Notes under the pieces: model-generated
Told to the model about the DNA's origin: nothing
Databases searched by the model: none
Seen by the model: only the letters and a program-made list of their open reading frames with translations
Shown here: piece by piece, positions 54,235 through 63,325 of the stretch
Numbering within the stretch: position 1 is the stretch's first letter
Layout of the letters: each line of letters starts with the position of its first letter
Translations under genes and position numbers: made by a program
Assembly: GCA_965205015.1 (NCBI GenBank)
Contig: OZ242029.1
Span: 1,152,001 to 1,216,000, forward strand
Length of the DNA stretch: 64,000 bases
Reading direction: 5' to 3'
Source of the DNA: Candidatus Poribacteria bacterium
GTDB lineage: Bacteria > Poribacteria > WGA-4E > WGA-3G

Positions 54235-54648
54235 TTACCATGCATCTTCAATCCAGTCGTCACCGTGGTCGGGATTATAGGTGAGCCCCTTTCTGATATC
54301 TAAGCAGAGATCCAATTGTTCTAAGACCATGTGTCCAACAAGGACGGGTGCATCGGCTGGCAGGTTGGTTACGGGGAGCGAACCCTCTCGCTCCAATATC
54401 GTAAACCGGACTTCTGAATAAATGGTGCGGTCTACGATGCCAGCCGCGGTTCTCGCCCGCGCGTTACCGAAGGGGGTCAAGCCGAGTTGTTCGATGATCG
54501 GTTCCGGTAAGCAGAGCCGTGTTGCACCGGTATCCACGAGTGCGTCTTTAACGGTGACGCGGCGGACCTCTTCAGGGCTGATAACGCCTCTGTTTGCTAA
54601 AGCCACATCTTCGAGATTTGCAAGTTCGATTTCTGTCGTATGTCTCAT
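54235..54648 (-). CDS. Clan AA (retropepsin-like) aspartic protease
   Basis: ALVDTGATRLCLP, VLVGHMVLEQLD. Confidence 0.8.
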   Translation of the reverse strand: MRHTTEIELANLEDVALANRGVISPEEVRRVTVKDALVDTGATRLCLPEPIIEQLGLTPFGNARARTAAGIVDRTIYSEVRFTILEREGSLPVTNLPADAPVLVGHMVLEQLDLCLDIRKGLTYNPDHGDDWIEDAW

Positions 54649-54659
54649 GTTCTTTCTCC

Positions 54660-55805
54660 CTAATACTCCCGTTTGTGCCAATCGTCTTCAAACAGGTTGA
54701 ACGAACCTTCGCGATAGGGATGTTCAGCGATGAGCGCCTCATTCAACTCCATACCGAGTCCGGGTCCATTGGGCAGACTAAAATAGCCGTCAATGACCTC
54801 GGGACACCCGGTGGCAGCCGCTTTCACCCATGCTTCAGAGAAATCGTTGAAATGCTCCTGAATCTTGAAATTCGTGGTACAGGCGGCAAAGTGCAAAGCG
54901 GTCGCCGTAGAGACGGGTCCCCCGACGTTATGCGGTGCCACCGTCATATAACACATATCGCCCATTGCCGCGATCTTCTTGGTTTCCAAGAATCCGCCTG
55001 TCTGGGTAATGTCGGGTTGTAGGATATCCGCCGCTTGTAAGTTAATCAACTCTCGATATTCATACTTGTTGTGGAGCCGCTCCCCCGTGGCAACGGGAAG
55101 GTTAATCTTGTCAGAGGCTTTGGCAAGCGCAGCGATGTTGTCGGGTGGCACAGGTTCTTCAACCCAACTCGGTTGGAATTTCTCCAATTCTGCAGAGATC
55201 TCGATCGCCATATATGGGCTAAACCGACCGTGCATCTCAACAAGAATTTCGACATCCGGTCCGACGGCATCTCGTACCGCCTCAACGAGTTCAACGGATT
55301 TCAACTTCTCCTCATAAGAAAGTTCATAATACCCTGCACCGAACGGATCGAATTTGAGGGCTCGGTAGCCTTTTTCCAGCACCCTTTTCGCGGCGGCGTG
55401 AAACTCCTCAGTGGTGCGTTCAACACGATACCAGCCGTTGGCATACGCTTTGATTTTATCGCGGCAGGCTCCGCCGAGGAGGCGGTAGACGGGCTGATTT
55501 AGTGCCTTCCCGATAATATCCCAACATGCGATCTCAATAACGCTGATACCGGTCGCAACGATCTCACCGGCGCGACCATAATCGTCGCGGAACAGCCGTT
55601 GATAGAGGTCTTCGGTGTTGAACGGATCGCTGCCAATGACATGGCGGCGTTTCGCACCATCAATATAGGCAAGGAGTGCGTCCGTCCGGTTGTTCATCCG
55701 CACTTCACTGACGCCGGTTAAACCTTCATCGGTTTCAACTTTCACGAACGTTAGGTTGCGCCAACTGGTCCCCATGACCAGGGTTTTGACATCTGTAATT
55801 TTCAT
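54660..55805 (-). CDS. Mandelate racemase/muconate lactonizing family enzyme (galactonate dehydratase-like)
   Basis: AYANGW, LKFDPF, EMHGR, WVEEP, TGER, APHN. Confidence 0.88.
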   Translation of the reverse strand: MKITDVKTLVMGTSWRNLTFVKVETDEGLTGVSEVRMNNRTDALLAYIDGAKRRHVIGSDPFNTEDLYQRLFRDDYGRAGEIVATGISVIEIACWDIIGKALNQPVYRLLGGACRDKIKAYANGWYRVERTTEEFHAAAKRVLEKGYRALKFDPFGAGYYELSYEEKLKSVELVEAVRDAVGPDVEILVEMHGRFSPYMAIEISAELEKFQPSWVEEPVPPDNIAALAKASDKINLPVATGERLHNKYEYRELINLQAADILQPDITQTGGFLETKKIAAMGDMCYMTVAPHNVGGPVSTATALHFAACTTNFKIQEHFNDFSEAWVKAAATGCPEVIDGYFSLPNGPGLGMELNEALIAEHPYREGSFNLFEDDWHKREY

Positions 55806-56418
55806 ATTTTTAACTAGGGTCCTTTGTTTATCCTTGTTGTATAGCGCTATTGGGGCTCCGTGTGTCAGGGACGGACACTCTGCTGTCGTTTAAGGGTTTC
55901 GATCTCTTCTCGGAGCTCCTGATTAATGCGTTGCTGTTGGCTATCTCTCCCACTTCGCCATGTCAAGATAACCTGTGGGATGGCAATGGCAGCGACGATG
56001 AGGGCGATGAGCGCATAGACGAAATTCGTCAAGAGGGTAATCTGTTTGTGTACCCCCTCGATTTTGGTCTCAATATACGTTTTCACGTTTTTCTCCGAAT
56101 CGGCGATCTCTGTTTTGAGTTCTTGCTTGACTGTAGCGATCTCTGTTTTGAGTTCTTGCTTGACTGTAGCGATCTCTGTTTTGAGTTCTTGCTTGACTGT
56201 AGCGATCTCTCCTTTGACGACCTCGTTGACGATTAAGCGGATCTTATCTAAGTCAGCATCTGTTAATTCACCGAGTGCCGGGACCGCAAATGTGGAAAGG
56301 AGGAGTGCAAAAAGAATGAGGCGTTTCACGGCGTGTCTCCTTTTTCGTGCGAATTTCTGGTCCCCATGACAAGGGTTTTGACATCTGTAATTTTCATATT
56401 TTTAACTAGGGTCCTTTG
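55765..56418. repeat. 62-bp direct repeat (55765-55826 and 56357-56418) flanking gene 55865..56329
   Basis: ctggtccccatgac(c/a)agggttttgacatctgtaattttcatatttttaactagggtcctttg, one mismatch. Confidence 0.92.
55865..56329 (-). CDS. Signal-peptide/coiled-coil/TM small protein, paralog 2
   Basis: PALGELTDADLDKIRLIV, three 33-bp EIATVKQELKT repeats, TM, INQELREEIETLKRQQ. Confidence 0.8.
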   Translation of the reverse strand: MKRLILFALLLSTFAVPALGELTDADLDKIRLIVNEVVKGEIATVKQELKTEIATVKQELKTEIATVKQELKTEIADSEKNVKTYIETKIEGVHKQITLLTNFVYALIALIVAAIAIPQVILTWRSGRDSQQQRINQELREEIETLKRQQSVRP

Positions 56419-56470
56419 CTTATGGGTCAGAAATCAAAAAAATCACAGTTCTGACTTCCTTTTCCTCGTA

Positions 56471-57838
56471 TTAACTTCTTGCTTCTGCTTCGGAGACGCT
56501 GCGTTGCCCACTTCTTTGCGTGGGTGCAGGGTCGATCGTGGGTGCCGCTTCGCCTGCTGCTAACATCCGGCGAATGAGCCGCTCCCGCATCACCGCTGTG
56601 ACATTTTCGTGGGATTGCAATCCAACAAGGTTCCGCAACTCGTAGGGATCCGCTTGGAGGTCATAGAGATACTGTTCAACATACCGGTCTGACCCGGCAT
56701 CTGCACCGCCATTTTTATGCGGGGCATCCACACCGTATTTCCAGCGTTGCGTTCGGACAGCACGTCCGACCTGCGCCTCGCTGATTTGGACGAACACCTC
56801 CTCTTGCCAGTCATCTGTTTCTCCACGTAGCAGGGGCAGAATCGATTGACCCTGCATCTCACCTGGGACTTCCAAACCGGCAGCATCCAGGAGCGTCGGC
56901 GGGAGATCGACAAGACTCACAAGTTCCTGGACCTGCCCACCACCGATGAATCCGGGGCCGTGGAACGCCGTCGGGACGCGGATGGAGCTCTCGTGGCAGG
57001 AGCGTTTATATTCGCCGTTGCGGGTTTTGAAATGACACCCGTGGTCAGAGGTGAAGAGAATGACGGTGTTATCAAGCAGGTGGAGGCTCTTGAGGGCATC
57101 GAGAAGTCTGCCGAGCGCTTCGTCGAGCCTTTTCACCATACCGTAGTAACCGCCTAAATGCTGGTGTGTCGAACCCCCGAGCGCGGCGAGGTCAGGGGGT
57201 ATCCATTTCCCAGTGTATCGCTCCCGATACCCATCCGGGGGCGGATAATCGTCGAGATGATTCTGGTGGTGCGGTTCAATGTATGACGTAAAGAGATAAA
57301 ACGGTTCGCGCTTATGCCGATCAACGTAACGTATCACCGCATCAGTGAGTGCATCCACACGATAGCCGGGGAGATCCACAGGTTGATTGTCGTTATCGTA
57401 GAGCGTTGTTTGATACGCATCAGAAGTGAATTCGAGGGTGTTGGACGCTAACCAGTCGTCATACCCGCCGCGATGCGCAGCTGGCACAGGTCCGGGACCG
57501 GTACCGCCGCTATAGAGATGCCATTTACCGATGTATCCGGTGGCGTAGCCAGCCTCACCGAAGTGATGTGCGAGGGTTTTGAGATTCGGCGATAACGGAA
57601 TGCCGTTTCGGAAGCATCCCGTGCGGGTTGCGTATAATCCGGTTTGTAGACACGAACGGGCGGGTCCGCAGACGGGTTGACACGTAAAGGAGCGGTGGAC
57701 GTGTGTCCCGCGCTGTGCCATCCGGTCGAAGTTGGGCATTAAGTCGAGTGGATTTCCGTGCAAGCCGGAGGTGTCCCAGCGTTGCTGGTCGGTGAAAAAG
57801 ACGATAACGTTCGGTTGATTTGTATCACGCTGTGGCAT
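56471..57838 (-). CDS. Sulfatase
   Basis: PNVIVFFTDQQR, CGPARSCLQTG (CxPxR), GYIGKWHL, FTSDHG. Confidence 0.93.
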   Translation of the reverse strand: MPQRDTNQPNVIVFFTDQQRWDTSGLHGNPLDLMPNFDRMAQRGTHVHRSFTCQPVCGPARSCLQTGLYATRTGCFRNGIPLSPNLKTLAHHFGEAGYATGYIGKWHLYSGGTGPGPVPAAHRGGYDDWLASNTLEFTSDAYQTTLYDNDNQPVDLPGYRVDALTDAVIRYVDRHKREPFYLFTSYIEPHHQNHLDDYPPPDGYRERYTGKWIPPDLAALGGSTHQHLGGYYGMVKRLDEALGRLLDALKSLHLLDNTVILFTSDHGCHFKTRNGEYKRSCHESSIRVPTAFHGPGFIGGGQVQELVSLVDLPPTLLDAAGLEVPGEMQGQSILPLLRGETDDWQEEVFVQISEAQVGRAVRTQRWKYGVDAPHKNGGADAGSDRYVEQYLYDLQADPYELRNLVGLQSHENVTAVMRERLIRRMLAAGEAAPTIDPAPTQRSGQRSVSEAEARS

Positions 57839-57864
57839 TTTTTGGTTTTCCTTGCTGTGGTTTT

Positions 57865-58350
57865 TCAAGGGTTGACAATCTGCTGTTGTTTGAGCGTTTC
57901 AACTTCGCGCGTGAGGACTTCAATCTGCTTTTCTTGTGCGTTGTCCGTGATGCTCCGCCACCCTAAAAAGACTGTCAGAATCGCTAATGGGAGTCCTATG
58001 ATAGCGATGAGTGCAAGAAGGATACCTATTAACCATGCGACTGGGGTTTTCAAAGTGTCGACTTGTTGGTTAATGTATTCTTTCATCCGAGTTTCGGAGA
58101 TGGTGATCTCGCTTTTGACTTCCGAAATGCTTTCTTTCATCCGAGTTTCGGAGGCGGCAATGCTTTCTTTCATCCGAGTTTCGGAGACGATAATCCTTTC
58201 TTTCATCCGAGTTTCGGAGACGGCGATCTCGCTTTTGACTTCCTCTTTGACAATCAAGCGGATTTTGTCCAAATCGGCATCGGTTAGTGCACCGAGTGCC
58301 GGCATCGCGATGACACAAAAGACGATTGCGGAGAGCAAAACAGTTTTCAT
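57865..58350 (-). CDS. Signal-peptide/coiled-coil/TM small protein, paralog 3
   Basis: PALGALTDADLDKIRLIV, SETRMKE 11-aa repeats, TM, EVETLKQQQIVNP; promoter TTGACA-N14-TG-n-TTTACT at 58376-58404. Confidence 0.8.
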   Translation of the reverse strand: MKTVLLSAIVFCVIAMPALGALTDADLDKIRLIVKEEVKSEIAVSETRMKERIIVSETRMKESIAASETRMKESISEVKSEITISETRMKEYINQQVDTLKTPVAWLIGILLALIAIIGLPLAILTVFLGWRSITDNAQEKQIEVLTREVETLKQQQIVNP

Positions 58351-58446
58351 GGGATAGTTCCTTTCCTTTGTATGTAGTAAATCATATCTGTTTCCGGGTG
58401 TCAAGACAAAAGTTATGCCCGACTCCGGAAAGGGTGTTCTGCAAAC

Positions 58447-58482
58447 AAAAAAGGGTCGGTACCGAGGTACCCACCCTTTTTT
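58447..58482 (-). terminator. Intrinsic terminator downstream of the large secreted protein gene
   Basis: aaaaaagggt-cggtacc-ga-ggtacc-caccctttttt; A and T tracts on both sides. Confidence 0.75.
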
Positions 58483-58537
58483 GTGGTTAAGGTTAGTTCA
58501 AACAAATTTTATCCCTGAAATAACCTTTTTGTTGCTA

Positions 58538-61500
58538 CTACTCATGAGATGTCTTCAACTCACCCCAGAGGGTTGTTGCTTTGCCCGCTGCGCCGACATG
58601 CCCTTTGAGGCGTATGCCGCGCGTCAGGGTCTGACGGTTTCCGTCAAGAGAAACATCTTCAATTTGGTAGTAGTATACGACGTTAGGTTGAGCAGTTGTA
58701 TCCGTGTAAGTATAGAACTGCTTCTCACTGGTAGTACCTGCGCCCGGAACCATTGTGGCGTTGATGACTTTGAACTCACCGTTGCGTTGCTGTGAACGCT
58801 TGATAAAGAATCCAGCGTTATTCAGCTCGGATTGCGTCGACCAGGTAATCACGGCTTGCCCCGTCGCTTTATCGCGTGCGGGACGGAAGTGTGAGAGTTC
58901 GACAGGCAACGCACCACCAGTACGGAAGCCGGGTGTACCGACATCATTCGCTGCACCGTAGTAGTTTGCCCGACGGATATGCGTCGGATGTGCGAAAGCC
59001 GTATCGGCTGCGCGTCTCCAAGTGGTCATCATCTTGCCGTCTTCAGGTTCTGCGGGTCCGACAGAGACTTGAACGTGGGCACGAATGAGAGAGGAACGGG
59101 CTTCGCCCTCTTCGCCCATCGGTAATGCCCAAGCGGCTGCGCCATCAGCACCGAGGTTGCCCGCCATATCGGTAGCGGCTGCGTGTGCGGCCTTGGCTTT
59201 CAAGTCAGCGGCTTTGGCTGCGGCTTTTTCAGCAGCGGTTGCCGTTGCTGCGACTTTGGTCGCCGTGGGGGCTGGTGGTGCAAGCACGACTTCAAATGCC
59301 ATCTCACTCAACAGCGAATAGCGACGCTTCGTCACGCCCGCCAGAATTAACTCCGTCTGACCTGATTCCCAGAGGTTGAGGACATAGTCGGCTGAGAGTC
59401 CACCGAGATCGTTGCGGCCCATTTCGGTGACGACTAACAAGGTCGAGGGTATCGTGTTCTGTCCACTCCGCGTGATCATCGTCCCATCGGGGATTGTGAA
59501 CGTGATAGAACCACCGACGGATACATCGGCATCCGCTGCGGCGTTATTCACCGTCAACGTCCATCCACTCAAGTTTACATCCTCGGTACGGGAACCGTTA
59601 GAGATTTCAAGCCACTGCGGCAATCCGTTGCCCCTGTCAACCATAATCTCACTGACGTAGATAGCACCCGCATCTGGGACGGTTCCGGTGCCTGCTTTTT
59701 TCGCAGCAGCATCGGCAGCAGCTTTCGCAGCAGCATCGGCTTTCGCTTTTTCGGCAGCGGCGGCAGCGGCGATTTCAGCAGGGGTCACGAGACGGGCGGC
59801 ACCTGGACTCCCGATGTGGACACCCGGAGCGTCCGCGTCAAAGTTCAAACTCGGGGGTGTCGACTGCATCCAAGAACTTGCCACCGTGCCATCGGCGACT
59901 GTTCCTGTCGCATCCATCACACGATACATGGAGATGATGGACTGTGTGGGTACGATTGCGCCTAAGGCTGCGGCTTGTTCCTCTTTACCCGACCGACCTG
60001 ATTGCCCTTTGCCTGCGAGCGACCAATAGGTACCTGCCGCATCAACGGTGCCGACTCGGTCGTGAACAGCCGTTAAGGCAGGGAGGGAAGCGAGTTCGCT
60101 CGGATTATAGAAGATCAGCGTGACAGATTCATAAGCAGCCGTAGCTCCATCATCGTCCACAGTCGCAAAACCGGCACCTGGATTATACAACTCAATCCAC
60201 TGGCTATTGCTGGCAGGCTTCAAACTTGCATCGGAACCCCACATAATCTCGGTGATCTTCAAAGGTTGCGGACCGACAACATCAATCACACCACCATTGG
60301 AGAGGAACGTCTCCAAGTTCGGGAGACCTGTTTGGTCGTGAACGACGTTATATTTCTGTTCGGGCACTGTCCGCTCGTGTGGCTTCGGAGCTTCCTTAAT
60401 TTCACCAGGCGGGGTGTGGACGGAGGAACCCGCTTTGTTCACAGTAAGGACTAAGTAACCACCACCGGGGATGTATTTTTCTTTCGGCACTTTGAACGCA
60501 ACCCCTGCGGCTTTCGGGGTCTTTGGATCCGCCGTTTTGGTCTTGACTGTCAGTTTATCCCTACCCTCAACGAGAGCACTGTCAGCATCGCGGTTATACA
60601 TCTCCTGTGCTACGGTGGGTGCCGGTCTCTCCATGCCAGCAAAATTCTTAACTTTGACGGTAACTGTCTTTTCGCCCGGCTTTGTTCCGATAGTAACGAG
60701 ATACAGATGCAACATTCCATCGCGCCAAGTATCTAATGTATCAAGACGAACTGCGGTGTCAAATTCGGTAGTACGACTAACGAGACCAGCATCATCTGAC
60801 ATTGTAGCTCCCGCTGGTGATGCTAACTTAAGAACAGAATTAACAGTTGCGTTATCTCCGACATCAATTAGATCTTTGGTGAGACCGCCTTTCGCATCTT
60901 CACTCAATAGAACGTGAACCATGAATTCAGCAGAAGTGACTATTACAAAAGGCTCACCGACTCTTGCGATTTTCAAAACATCTGGACCGTTAGTGGCATG
61001 ACCGAACGTTGCGTTACCTGTTTCAGCTGTGTCAGGGTCGGCCAGACCATCTTCTACCAAGAAAGTAACTGTTATCTCAGCTTTTGCGTTGGCATCATCA
61101 TCATCACCAACTGTGGGATCTGCTGCACCAACTTTGCCTTGTGGTATCTGCAAATACAATTTTCTAATAGCGGCATCAGGAGTCATCGTTATTGTGTAAT
61201 TCTTACCATCCGCTGGTAGGCCTGCAGATATTGTAGCCGTCGGTTTTGTCTGAATTACATTATTTTCATCATAGGCTTGCATGACAAGATCAGCTGCTGC
61301 AAATTCTTCACCAGTGGCGACGGCATTGGCTGGCACGCTCGTGACAATTTGTCCAAACGTCACATTAAATACAATCTCTGCACCAGCCTCCCGTTGCTCT
61401 CCATCAGCATGACTTATATCATGACCGCCTACTGAGATTGCGGCACTGAAATCACCCGCCATTGCAGGTGTTACCACGAAAGCGAGAGCGAGTATTGTAA

Positions 61501-61540
61501 TTAAACTTGTCAAGGAAAATGCCCATTTCTTAGACATCAT
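58538..61540 (-). CDS. Large secreted/surface protein with lamin-tail-like domains
   Basis: Signal peptide; ITEIMW...QWIELYN and VSEIM...QWLEISN...VNLSGWTL motifs; Ala/Lys-rich linkers; C-terminal LPVELSHF...NNAGF...YYYQIEDV domain and GKATTLWGELK tail. Confidence 0.85.
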   Translation of the reverse strand: MMSKKWAFSLTSLITILALAFVVTPAMAGDFSAAISVGGHDISHADGEQREAGAEIVFNVTFGQIVTSVPANAVATGEEFAAADLVMQAYDENNVIQTKPTATISAGLPADGKNYTITMTPDAAIRKLYLQIPQGKVGAADPTVGDDDDANAKAEITVTFLVEDGLADPDTAETGNATFGHATNGPDVLKIARVGEPFVIVTSAEFMVHVLLSEDAKGGLTKDLIDVGDNATVNSVLKLASPAGATMSDDAGLVSRTTEFDTAVRLDTLDTWRDGMLHLYLVTIGTKPGEKTVTVKVKNFAGMERPAPTVAQEMYNRDADSALVEGRDKLTVKTKTADPKTPKAAGVAFKVPKEKYIPGGGYLVLTVNKAGSSVHTPPGEIKEAPKPHERTVPEQKYNVVHDQTGLPNLETFLSNGGVIDVVGPQPLKITEIMWGSDASLKPASNSQWIELYNPGAGFATVDDDGATAAYESVTLIFYNPSELASLPALTAVHDRVGTVDAAGTYWSLAGKGQSGRSGKEEQAAALGAIVPTQSIISMYRVMDATGTVADGTVASSWMQSTPPSLNFDADAPGVHIGSPGAARLVTPAEIAAAAAAEKAKADAAAKAAADAAAKKAGTGTVPDAGAIYVSEIMVDRGNGLPQWLEISNGSRTEDVNLSGWTLTVNNAAADADVSVGGSITFTIPDGTMITRSGQNTIPSTLLVVTEMGRNDLGGLSADYVLNLWESGQTELILAGVTKRRYSLLSEMAFEVVLAPPAPTATKVAATATAAEKAAAKAADLKAKAAHAAATDMAGNLGADGAAAWALPMGEEGEARSSLIRAHVQVSVGPAEPEDGKMMTTWRRAADTAFAHPTHIRRANYYGAANDVGTPGFRTGGALPVELSHFRPARDKATGQAVITWSTQSELNNAGFFIKRSQQRNGEFKVINATMVPGAGTTSEKQFYTYTDTTAQPNVVYYYQIEDVSLDGNRQTLTRGIRLKGHVGAAGKATTLWGELKTSHE

Positions 61541-61890
61541 TCGTTCTATCTCCTTGTTCTTATGGAATAAAATTTTTGAAACATATAACCTAAAACCTTT
61601 TATAGTTGTCGGTTGTCGGTTGTCGGTTGTCAGTTGAAGAGGATAAATTCTTTTATGACTGAAAACTGAAAACCGAAAACTGAAAACTATTTCAAACGAA
61701 GAACGGACTCAGGGATTGTAAATCCAGTTCTGTTTTTGAACTTAACCTTGTACACATAATGTTATATTGGATTATGTGTTTTTAAGGGTCTTAACCGTTT
61801 TCAACGCAGAATTTATCAGAATATCGCAGTTTTCATCGTTTTCAACGCGTAATTCATCAAAATATCGCGTTTCAACCCTTTATAGTAATA

Positions 61891-61919
61891 ATTCTACCCT
61901 ATTAAACGCTGTTTGTCAA
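61891..61919 (-). promoter_or_regulatory. Near-consensus sigma70 promoter facing gene 58538..61540
   Basis: Minus strand TTGACA-N17-TAGAAT with an AT-rich upstream region. Confidence 0.8.
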
Positions 61920-61973
61920 ATTAAAAATACAAAAAAATGCACTTTTTTGCGAAATAAACGCATAAAAACGCAT

Positions 61974-62330
61974 AATTCAACAAAAAAGTGCGAAATTCAA
62001 CAAAAAAGTGTAAAATAGGACCAGTGATTTTTGTGATTTTTGTGATTTTTGTGATTTACCGGCGATACTGATGAAATTTCGGCGAATCATAGACCATCAG
62101 GAAAATCCCAGAAATCGCAATTCAGACCAGTGATTTTTGTGATAAGCTATGATGTTCTGTGATGCCAGAATCTCAGTTGATCATAGAACATCAAGTAAAT
62201 CAGAGTTCAGACATTTAGGTGGCTTAGCTGGTGGGGGCTGCCGGGGTAGTAAAATCCGATCCATGATAACGCCTGATGCTGAAAGTTGCGCTAATCATAG
62301 AACATCAGGTAAATCACAAAAATCACAGTA
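61974..62330. repeat. Array of short direct and inverted repeats (putative protein-binding sites)
   Basis: aattcaacaaaaaagtg x2; (gtgattttt) x4 near 62024-62057, again at 62130 and inverted (aaatcacaaaaatcac) at 62311; tcataga(a/c)catca(a/g)g(a/t)aaatc x3 near 62088, 62181 and 62295. Confidence 0.8.
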
Positions 62331-62588
62331 CAGAAGGAGGGCGGACAACGGGAGAATTCCCTACACTCTCCCGTTATCCTTTTAGTTTGATTAAATGGAG
62401 GAGATTAGCGTCGTCCTCAGGACGGGGTAAGTTTAACCTCTGTCCAAGAGGTTACTTTAATTATCCACTATTTGCCGATAAAAGTCAATTAAAATTAAAA
62501 ATTCCCGCTCTCGATCCTTTATGCCCCCAGGGGCATTCAAGGGAGTGGAGCGGGTTAACGGACAACGGACAACTGAGGACGAACCACT

Positions 62589-63005
62589 ATGAACCCAGAC
62601 ATCTATCTCTCCGTGGCGCAAGCCTCCGACCTACTGGGCATCTCGCCGGAAACGCTCTATAAGGAGATTCAAGCCGGGCATCTTACGGCGGTAGAGAACC
62701 CAGACCAGAAACGCAAACATAAGGTCATTGCTATTAACGAACTCTCGCGTTTATACGGCAACATCTACATCCCTGACGGGTATCTCGAATACTCTGGAGA
62801 CAAGTCCGTCGACTTTGTTCGAGTTGCCCTCCGCCAAGAGAACGAGAGGCTCCGTAAGGCGTTGGAAGCAACCCAGATACGGGAGCAGGATCTCAATGCC
62901 CAACTCACCGCCGCCCTCGAAAACCACAAAACGCTTATCAAGGCACACGCGGATCTCACCAAAACCATCGATAATCTCACCGCCGTGCTGGATAAAATGA
63001 CATAG
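62589..63005 (+). CDS. Excisionase/MerR-like (HTH_17) DNA-binding protein with C-terminal coiled coil
   Basis: YLSVAQASDLLGISPETLYKEIQAGHL winged-HTH; heptad-rich tail; GAGGA RBS. Confidence 0.8.
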   Translation: MNPDIYLSVAQASDLLGISPETLYKEIQAGHLTAVENPDQKRKHKVIAINELSRLYGNIYIPDGYLEYSGDKSVDFVRVALRQENERLRKALEATQIREQDLNAQLTAALENHKTLIKAHADLTKTIDNLTAVLDKMT

Positions 63006-63325
63006 GTCCTTCTGATTTTGTAAAATTTTTGATAATTTTGTAAAAAATCCACATATCTTATAGCGGGGCTCTATGGTATTACAATTTTTTAAAATACCGT
63101 CCTAATCCGTCCCTACAGGCGCGGTTTTTCACCTGAGGCCACACGTCCAAAACTCCTTCGTTCTTTGCCGAATTTAACTTTTTGTGTACAAGGTTAAGTT
63201 CAAAAACAGAACTGGATTTACAATCCCTGGATCCGTTCTTATTTTTCAATGGTTTTAGGTAAGTAGGGGTTGGGGCTCCCAACCCATCAAACATTTTATT
63301 CCATAAGAACAAGGAGATAGAACGA

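Noticed and set aside
55765-56418. Diversity-generating retroelement TR/VR pair
   Set aside because: Only one mismatch, the repeat covers a gene start rather than a C-terminal variable region, and no reverse transcriptase is present in the window.
62589-63005. Prophage or ICE excisionase marking an integrated element
   Set aside because: No integrase, att-like direct repeats, tRNA or phage genes nearby in the window; the flanking repeats are inverted.
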